A stretch of DNA of 32,000 nt, from assembly GCF_001457595.1 (NCBI RefSeq), contig NZ_LN831039.1:4080001-4112000 (forward strand), written 5' to 3'. The notes beneath the pieces were generated by a model. That model saw only the letters and a list, made by a program, of their open reading frames with translations. It was not told the DNA's origin and did not search any database. Shown here one piece after another: positions 25,387 through 32,000 of this stretch; the first letter of the stretch is position 1; every line of letters begins with the position of its first letter. This DNA is from Mycolicibacterium smegmatis. Its GTDB lineage: Bacteria > Actinomycetota > Actinomycetes > Mycobacteriales > Mycobacteriaceae. The translations under genes were made by a program, and so were the position numbers.

Positions 25387-25677
25387 TCATCTCGCCGCCG
25401 CGCGACAGTTATAAAGAGACGAAAGTCCCCTTGCATGGAGGAACTCGGACCTGTCGGGCACCGGGATGCGACTACAGATCGCCACACGGGTGAAGGCATT
25501 GATCACGATGACGACCCAGTGGACAGCCGCGATCTGCCGGGGCGAAAGGGCGTAGTTGATCTCGGTGCGAATCGCGTCGGGCAGAATCGCAGTCGAGATA
25601 TTGGTGACGTACTCGGTGATGTGCAGAGCGGCCATCTCGACACGCCGATAGCACCGCCAAGCGGTCAGGCTGCGCAC
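25387..25677 (-). pseudogene. Possible 3' remnant of a carboxymuconolactone-decarboxylase/AhpD-like gene
   Basis: The segment LSPRQIAAVHWVVIVINAFTRVAI resembles the C-terminal 'xxQIVELxxxIxxxNxxNR' helix of CMD-family proteins and uses G/C-ending codons. No CxxC-containing N-terminal half is present. The ORF tail runs through the DosR box. Confidence 0.25.
25413..25432. promoter_or_regulatory. DosR box AAAGAGACGAAAGTCCCCTT (core GAGAC-GAAA-GTCCC)
   Basis: The centre is 64.5 bp upstream of the ATG at 25358. It sits in a locally AT-richer stretch. Confidence 0.7.
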
Positions 25678-25680
25678 GGG

Positions 25681-27264
25681 TTACTGCATGCCAGGCCCGT
25701 GCGCATCCGGTGGTGGCCGGTCACGCTGGGCGAGGTACGCCTCATTGCGGGCGCGTTCGGCGGCGAGCCGCCGCGCTTCTTCCGCCGCGCGCGTGCGTCG
25801 GCGCCGCGGCATCATCGCCGCGCGGGCCGCTATCTCCGACGGCGTCATCGGCGGTGGCGGTGTCGGTGGGGGCGGCAGCGCGGCGGTCGTGGTGTCCCAC
25901 TGCGGGAACAACGCGCGGCTGGCGGGAACCGTCGTATAGACATGCCCGGTCGGGCTGGTCCAGATCACCGTGCCGTCAGGGAGCTGCCGGTCCGACCAGC
26001 CGAGCCAGAACGTCTTGAGCAAGTGATGAATTCGGCATAGGCATTTGGTGTTCGACGGATGCGTCACGCCCGTCGGCCACGGCGTGGTGTGGTCGACGTC
26101 GCAGAAATCCGCCGGGCGCGAGCATCCCGGAAACCGACATGTCATATCCCGCATCCGCACGAAGCAATCCATGGCCACCGAGGGACGGTACGAGGCGCAG
26201 ATGTCATCGGGCACGGTGAGTTCTTTGACCTTGGCGCCATCGGCGATCAACTGCGCCACCAGCGGTGCGGGCACCACCCCGCCCCCGAGGACCACCGCAC
26301 CACCACGGCCGGGATGCGCCGATTGTGGCGTCCAGGGTTTGGGTTCTGGTTCAGGCGGTTTGCGAACCGGCTCGGGCGTGGGCTCCGGCTCCGGCGTTGG
26401 CGTCGGCTCGAAGTAGGGAATCGGGTTGGACTCGTGGTCGCCGTCCAGGTACCGGTCGACCGGGCCGTGTACCGCCGCCGGTTCGGCGAAGACATGAACC
26501 ATGGTGTTGGCCGCCCGCGGGTCGATCCCCGCCGCAGGGCATTCGGGATCACCGCACCGACAAGTCAGCCGATCCCCGTAGTGACCCAGCACTCCCATGG
26601 CGTCCGAGAGTCGCTGCCCCTTGGTGCGTGGATCGTCGGGGCATTGCCCAGACGACATTGCCCCGACACGGTTTTTCAACGCGACAGCATCAACGTTCGT
26701 CAACCGCGCGTGAACCGAGGTGATACCCGTCTCGTCATCGGGATGGCCAAACCACACACCCCGAGACCGCACGGCCGTCCGGGTGCGACGCACCGCCGCC
26801 GGATCCACGCTGTCGACCACCTTGTCGACGGCCCCCTCCAACTCGGCGATGGTCATGGCGCCGAACTCGGCGATGCGGGATGCCAACTGAGCATCGACTG
26901 CCGCCATCGTCTGCGTGTCGTCGATCAGGCGCGTGCGCCAGGTCAGCGTCTCGACCACCCGCGTGCTCACCGCGCCCTCGGCGAACTGTGCCGCCACCAA
27001 CGGCAACCGGTCGCGCAACGCCACCGCGATTCGCATCAGTCTCGACGCCGACCGCTGCCCGATGTTCAGCGCGGCCGCCACCTCGGCTGACGCGGCATCC
27101 CAGTCATCACACGCCCACCACACGACCGTGTCTTCGGAATCAGCCGTGCGCCGGTCGACGAACTCTGCGATGAACGCGAACCGCCGCGCCGCGGCGGCCG
27201 ACTCCGCGCGCGACTCCCCCGCGATTCCGGCAATCAAGGCCGCGTCGTCAAGGGTTTCGCACAT
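25681..27264 (-). CDS. DUF222 / HNH endonuclease-domain protein (mycobacterial REP13E12-like family)
   Basis: 527 aa. It has the HNH core CRFPGCSRPADFCDVDHTTPWPTGVTHPSNTKCLCRIHHLLKT, an N-terminal DUF222-like region, and a Pro/Glu-rich linker EPTPTPEPEPTPEPVRKPPEPEPKP. Confidence 0.85.
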   Translation of the reverse strand: MCETLDDAALIAGIAGESRAESAAAARRFAFIAEFVDRRTADSEDTVVWWACDDWDAASAEVAAALNIGQRSASRLMRIAVALRDRLPLVAAQFAEGAVSTRVVETLTWRTRLIDDTQTMAAVDAQLASRIAEFGAMTIAELEGAVDKVVDSVDPAAVRRTRTAVRSRGVWFGHPDDETGITSVHARLTNVDAVALKNRVGAMSSGQCPDDPRTKGQRLSDAMGVLGHYGDRLTCRCGDPECPAAGIDPRAANTMVHVFAEPAAVHGPVDRYLDGDHESNPIPYFEPTPTPEPEPTPEPVRKPPEPEPKPWTPQSAHPGRGGAVVLGGGVVPAPLVAQLIADGAKVKELTVPDDICASYRPSVAMDCFVRMRDMTCRFPGCSRPADFCDVDHTTPWPTGVTHPSNTKCLCRIHHLLKTFWLGWSDRQLPDGTVIWTSPTGHVYTTVPASRALFPQWDTTTAALPPPPTPPPPMTPSEIAARAAMMPRRRRTRAAEEARRLAAERARNEAYLAQRDRPPPDAHGPGMQ

Positions 27265-27368
27265 ACGTTCGATGTTGCCATCCCGCCTGCCGTCGCGACA
27301 GGTGTGGCGGCCGATCTGTGGATGAAATCGGGTCTGGGGATAACTCTGACGACGTCGCCCGCAGCGCC

Positions 27369-27893
27369 TCAGGGCATGGTCTGGCAGAACCGGATCGTGT
27401 TGGAGAACGGGTCGACGACTTCGATGGTCGGCCCACCTGGGAAGTCATCCTCGACGCCAGGGTTCAGACGCCCGTATCCGGTGGCCTGCAGTTCAGCGTG
27501 CAAGGCCCTGACGTCGCCGACCGGCACCCACACCGTCGAACCGGGAGTGCCGTCGCCGTGATGCTCGGACAGGTCCAGGACGAACTGATCGCGGCGCAAC
27601 CGCATGTACAGGAGCGAGTCGGCATGGTCGAAGCGGTGCTCCCATTCGACGCTGAAATGCAGATAGTCGATGTAGAACTCGCGCGCCCGCGTCTCGTCGA
27701 AGCTGCGCAGCACCGGGACCGGAACGCCGACATCTCGGCGGGCGGGCAACCGCGCCGACGCGGTACTCCAGTCTTGAAAACCGAGTTGCCGCGCGACAAT
27801 CTCCAGCGCCCTGGCATGTGTGAGTTCGGCATCGGGGAGTTGATCCCGGAGCACCCGGACAGCGCGTTCGGCGTCCTCGACGGTCAGGTCCAT
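27369..27893 (-). CDS. Glyoxalase/bleomycin-resistance (VOC) superfamily protein with a short helical N-terminal domain
   Basis: VOC fold signature RAREFYIDYLHFSVEWEHRFD...LDLSEHHGDGTPGS...EVVDPFSNTIRF. The N-terminal THARALEIVARQLGFQDWSTASA motif is typical of 'glyoxalase superfamily protein' entries. I prefer the ATG at 27893 over the TTG at 27926. Confidence 0.75.
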   Translation of the reverse strand: MDLTVEDAERAVRVLRDQLPDAELTHARALEIVARQLGFQDWSTASARLPARRDVGVPVPVLRSFDETRAREFYIDYLHFSVEWEHRFDHADSLLYMRLRRDQFVLDLSEHHGDGTPGSTVWVPVGDVRALHAELQATGYGRLNPGVEDDFPGGPTIEVVDPFSNTIRFCQTMP

Positions 27894-28058
27894 CACATCA
27901 CCCACATTCCCTGCGCCGGTACACAATTCAGCATCCGCGTCGACCGATGGACACCGTGGCTCACGCCCAGACGCTACGGGCTGCAGATATGGGTTTCAAC
28001 CACGCGGCGGACATGAAACTGCACCCGTCCCGTTCGATAGGCTTTAAACACATACCCC

Positions 28059-28085
28059 GTATGCTGAATGCAACACTCAGCATGC
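28059..28085. promoter_or_regulatory. Inverted repeat ATGCTGA-N9-TCAGCAT; candidate GntR operator
   Basis: Seven-bp perfect arms (28061-28067 and 28077-28083) lie just upstream of the GntR SD and start. Another TTCAGCAT copy lies at 27927-27934. Confidence 0.3.
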
Positions 28086-28099
28086 GAAAGGAGCGGTGC

Positions 28100-28789
28100 G
28101 TGCCCTTCGAACCAGTGCAGCGCCCGGCCGGCCTCAGCGATCTGGCCTATGAGCAGCTCCGTTCCCGCATTCTCGACGGCGACTTCCCGGCCGAAGGCCG
28201 GATGAGCGTGGTGTCGATCGCCGAACAACTGAAGATGAGCCGTAGTCCCGTCAGGGCCGCGGTCGAGCGTCTGGTGACCGAGGGTTTGCTGGTCGTGACC
28301 GCGGTGGGAATCGAACTCGCGCAACTCGACCACGTCGACCTGATCGACGGTCTGCGGGTGCGGTCCCGGCTGGAGGGACTCGCTGCGAGGCTCACCACCG
28401 ACCGCCTGACGGACGCCGATCTGGATCGTCTGCGCGAGAACCTGACCCAGTTCGACACGGCCGTGCGAGGCGGTGACACAGTCGCTGCGCGCAAGTTGGA
28501 TCTCGAATTCCACAGCACCATCCGCGACAGATGCGGCAACGGCCTGCTCATCGAGAATCTGCGACGTGTGCAGGCCCGGGTGATCGTGGCGACTTATATG
28601 ACCGCCTGGGTCCCGGCGCATGAGGTCGTGATCGACGAACACCGCACGATCCTCAAGGCTTTCGAAGCGCGCGACGCCGACGCCGCCGAGCATGCCGCGA
28701 TCGAGCATCTCGAGCGCCTCATCGAGCGGGTCGTCCACCACTTCGGCGGCCCCGACGGGACAGTCGGAACCAGCTCGTCCGTCCGCTAG
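28100..28789 (+). CDS. GntR-family transcriptional regulator (FadR/FCD subfamily)
   Basis: GTG at 28100, 6 nt after AAGGAG (28088-28093). The winged HTH (LSDLAYEQLRSRILDG...SVVSIAEQLKMSRSPVRAAVERLVTEGLL) is followed by an all-helical FCD-like domain (EFHSTIRD..., HRTILKAFEARDADAAEHA). Confidence 0.85.
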   Translation: MPFEPVQRPAGLSDLAYEQLRSRILDGDFPAEGRMSVVSIAEQLKMSRSPVRAAVERLVTEGLLVVTAVGIELAQLDHVDLIDGLRVRSRLEGLAARLTTDRLTDADLDRLRENLTQFDTAVRGGDTVAARKLDLEFHSTIRDRCGNGLLIENLRRVQARVIVATYMTAWVPAHEVVIDEHRTILKAFEARDADAAEHAAIEHLERLIERVVHHFGGPDGTVGTSSSVR

Positions 28790-28849
28790 CGCACGTTCCC
28801 CACATTCGGGGCTGTGATTACTGGAACATCCGTTGGATTCATGTTGACG

Positions 28850-28895
28850 ATCCTGCATGCAGGATTCAGAATAGGCTGCATGCAGGATGCAGGAG
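28850..28895. promoter_or_regulatory. Candidate TetR operator array: a perfect 16-bp palindrome ATCCTGCATGCAGGAT, then CTGCATGCAGGAT and GCAGGAG repeats
   Basis: Read directly: palindrome at 28850-28865 and a second CTGCATGCAG palindrome at 28876-28885. TGCAGGAT occurs twice. The array is flanked by a -35-like TTGACG (28844-28849) and ends 27 bp before the TetR start. Confidence 0.55.
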
Positions 28896-28921
28896 TATTG
28901 ACGTGAAGGGGGGCCACCACG

Positions 28922-29518
28922 TTGGAAGGTCAGGACGCCTCGCGACATACGCGCAGAGACGCTGCGCGTAATCGCCGCCGCATTCTCGAAGCGGCGCGCG
29001 TGCTCGCGGACAAGGGCAAACCACTACAACTCAACGTCGTCGCACAACACGCACAGGTCGGTGTGGGCACCGTCTACCGCCACTTCCCCACCCCGGAAGC
29101 GCTTGTCGACGCACTCGCCGCAGACCAGTTCGCTTTTCTCATCGAGGAAGTCGACACCGCGCCCCGCACACTGCAGGGCCTCCGGAGCTTCCTCAAGGCC
29201 ACCTTGATGGTGTTCGTTCAGGACCACACCTTTGCGAGCGCCCTGATCAATCCTGTCACTGACGAGGTTCAGACCCAGCGTGGGCGTCTTCTCGACGGAA
29301 TTCGCACGCTGGTCAAGGGAACTGTCGCCGCCGACCGTTTGGCGTTGCTGGCGCTTGCGCCCTCTGACATCATGCTGTTGCTCTGCGGCGTCGGCTTCGC
29401 CGTTCGCCACACCCCCAACCGAGACGACCCGGCCTTGCTCGACCGCTACCTGAAGGCCTTGCTCGACGGGATACTTCCTCGGCATGCCGGGTGCGGCACA
29501 CCGGCGGCCGGACACTGA
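28922..29518 (+). CDS. TetR-family transcriptional regulator
   Basis: 198 aa with the HTH RRILEAARVLADKGKPLQLNVVAQHAQVGVGTVYRHFPTPEAL. It has a TTG start, and GAAGGGGGG lies upstream. Confidence 0.85.
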   Translation: MEGQDASRHTRRDAARNRRRILEAARVLADKGKPLQLNVVAQHAQVGVGTVYRHFPTPEALVDALAADQFAFLIEEVDTAPRTLQGLRSFLKATLMVFVQDHTFASALINPVTDEVQTQRGRLLDGIRTLVKGTVAADRLALLALAPSDIMLLLCGVGFAVRHTPNRDDPALLDRYLKALLDGILPRHAGCGTPAAGH

Positions 29519-29550
29519 GAAACGGAAAAATCATCCACTAACATCGAGCG

Positions 29551-30144
29551 ATGGCATTGTGCAGTACGACCGCGCCGGTCGACCTGCGGAGCGACGGTAA
29601 ACGCAATCGGGACCGCATTCTCGAAGTGGCCCGCCACCACATCGCCGAGCGTCGCCTCGAGCTACCGATGAACGTCATCGCCCGCGAAGCCGGTGTTGGC
29701 GTGGGCACGGTGTATCGACACTTCCCCACCCGTCAGTCACTGTTGGAAACCGTTGCGGCCGATGGCTTCGGTGAGATCACGACGATCTCACGCAGAGCCG
29801 CTCACGAGCCCGATCCAGCCAAGTCACTCCGCAAACTTCTCGGTGGATCCGTGAAGTGCCTACACCGGTATCCCGGACTGGCACCCGTTCTGGAATCCCA
29901 GACGTTCGCATGTTCGGAAACTGTCGAGATGGCCGCCAGCGTAGGCCGATCCGTCGAGGCGGTCCTGAAGAAGGCGCGCAAAGCCGGGCTGGTGCGGGCC
30001 GGCGTGTCCGGCGACGACTTGCGCTGGCTGATCCTCGGCGTCCACCACGCGGCCTCGATCAACATCGCGGGGTCGGGACGCCACACCCGCTATCTCACGA
30101 TCGTGATGGACGGCCTTCGCCGGCCGGCGGTCGCAGACAGGTAA
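29551..30144 (+). CDS. TetR-family transcriptional regulator, tandem paralogue
   Basis: 197 aa with the HTH RDRILEVARHHIAERRLELPMNVIAREAGVGVGTVYRHFPTRQSL. The recognition-helix block GVGTVYRHFPT is identical to the upstream TetR. Confidence 0.85.
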   Translation: MALCSTTAPVDLRSDGKRNRDRILEVARHHIAERRLELPMNVIAREAGVGVGTVYRHFPTRQSLLETVAADGFGEITTISRRAAHEPDPAKSLRKLLGGSVKCLHRYPGLAPVLESQTFACSETVEMAASVGRSVEAVLKKARKAGLVRAGVSGDDLRWLILGVHHAASINIAGSGRHTRYLTIVMDGLRRPAVADR

Positions 30145-30147
30145 ACA

Positions 30148-30186
30148 GATCGGGCGGTGCACCCGAAACGGATGCACCGTCCGATC
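30148..30186. terminator. Imperfect 14-bp stem / 11-nt loop hairpin between convergent genes; candidate bidirectional terminator
   Basis: GATCGGGCGGTGCA (30148-30161) pairs with TGCACCGTCCGATC (30173-30186) with one mismatch. It lies between the TetR stop (30144) and the lactate monooxygenase stop (30230). There is no clear U-tract, which is common in mycobacteria. Confidence 0.45.
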
Positions 30187-30229
30187 CTTCGTTGACGACG
30201 ACGCGTTCCTCCAGTGATCTGGCGGGAAC

Positions 30230-31513
<1,284 letters not shown>

Positions 31514-31578
31514 TCAAGCATTACCAGATGATCATCACCGCCGCCGACCACGCTGTCAACGGGAGCCAGCGGATAGAT

Positions 31579-31609
31579 CATCCGTTTAAATTGACGTAAA
31601 TAACGGATG
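31579..31609. promoter_or_regulatory. AT-rich inverted repeat CATCCGTT-N15-AACGGATG in the divergent lactate monooxygenase / poxB-like intergenic region; candidate operator
   Basis: Eight-bp perfect arms (31579-31586 and 31602-31609) flank an AT-rich spacer TAAATTGACGTAAAT. It lies inside a 308-bp gap that is conspicuously AT-rich for this genome. Confidence 0.35.
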
Positions 31610-31722
31610 GATGATCCGGTTGTGCGACTCGATAAATTGTCACGCAGTGCCTAATTGACCAGCAGGCGTGAGCATTTGATCACGCCTCCACTTCCATTTG
31701 ACAGCGTGGATACGGTGACCGA

Positions 31723-32000
31723 GTGATAACTGTCGCTGATCACATCGTCTCGGTTTTGCGAATTAGCGGGGTGCGTCGTGTGTACGGGCTTCCGGGGGAC
31801 AGTCTCAATGGGTTCACTGATGCGATTCGTCGTAGTGGTGAGATCAGTTGGGAGCATGTGCGTCATGAGGAGACCGCGGCGTTCGCTGCGGCGGCGGATG
31901 CGGGGTTGACCGGGCAGTTGGCGGTGTGTGCGGGCTCGTGTGGTCCGGGGAATCTCCATCTGATCAACGGGTTGTTCGACGCGCAGCGCTCGCGGGTGCC
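31723..32000 (+). CDS. poxB: Thiamine-diphosphate-dependent pyruvate dehydrogenase (quinone)/pyruvate oxidase, PoxB-like; 3' end beyond the window
   Basis: This ORF is not in the supplied track because it has no stop inside the window. It starts with the GTG at 31723 after an in-frame TGA at 31699-31701. The translation [92 protein letters not shown] parallels the E. coli PoxB N-terminus ([36 protein letters not shown]). Confidence 0.85.
   Translation, partial: MITVADHIVSVLRISGVRRVYGLPGDSLNGFTDAIRRSGEISWEHVRHEETAAFAAAADAGLTGQLAVCAGSCGPGNLHLINGLFDAQRSRV

Noticed and set aside
25678-25683. Possible programmed stop-codon read-through joining the HNH protein to the in-frame 96-aa ORF downstream
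   Set aside because: Being in frame has a 1-in-3 chance. The stop is a strong TAA, the downstream segment resembles an unrelated CMD-family C-terminus, and its tail overlaps the nitroreductase promoter and DosR box. A remnant gene is the simpler explanation.
26300-26420. Short tandem-looking repeats (ggctccggctccggcgttggcgtcggc...) that might be a VNTR or CRISPR-like array
   Set aside because: They are the DNA image of the Pro/Glu/Thr-rich linker (EPTPTPEPEPTPEP) inside the HNH/DUF222 ORF. There is no repeat-spacer periodicity and the reading frame is maintained.
24997-27090. Long plus-strand ORFs (24997-26040, 347 aa; 26059-27090, 343 aa) across the nitroreductase-3 and HNH region
   Set aside because: They are antisense to well-supported genes and cross an intergenic promoter with a DosR box. 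Their translations are Arg-rich and motif-free.
27300-27316. An 8-bp palindrome GTCGCGAC upstream of the HNH gene, as a possible operator or element terminus
   Set aside because: It is short and GC-rich, so it is expected by chance in this composition. I found no matching copy at the other side of the HNH gene to suggest terminal inverted repeats.

Overview
This is a high-GC actinobacterial chromosome segment of mycobacterial character. The lactate 2-monooxygenase at 30230-31414 matches my recollection of the Mycolicibacterium smegmatis enzyme, so M. smegmatis or a close relative is likely; that is memory, not a search. Bases 1 to about 25.4 kb form a compact DosR/DevR hypoxia/dormancy regulon island. 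It holds the response regulator devR, a DevS-like tandem-GAF histidine kinase, five universal stress protein (USP) genes, three Acg-family nitroreductases and two WS/DGAT triacylglycerol synthases. It also holds an Rv0079/RafH-type ribosome hibernation factor, pfkB, an Rv2004c-like kinase-fusion protein, an Rv1733c-like membrane protein, PEP synthase, a GH65 phosphorylase and a pair of KAS III-like condensing enzymes. At least 11 DosR-box-like palindromes (GGGAC-N4-GTCCC) are present, and every one lies in an inferred promoter region. A DUF222/HNH (REP13E12-like) gene marks the island's right edge. Beyond it lie a glyoxalase-family gene, one GntR and two tandem TetR regulators, lactate 2-monooxygenase and the 5' end of a PoxB-like pyruvate dehydrogenase/oxidase. 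The observations most worth follow-up are these. The DevS-like kinase lacks the proximal haem histidine. devR is translationally coupled to a nitroreductase rather than to a kinase. The KAS III pair combines one active and one catalytically dead member. The GH65 enzyme carries a vestigial trehalose-phosphatase stub. Four genes have a start codon exactly 42.5 bp from a box centre, which suggests leaderless mRNAs. No rRNA, tRNA, CRISPR array or IS element was seen.
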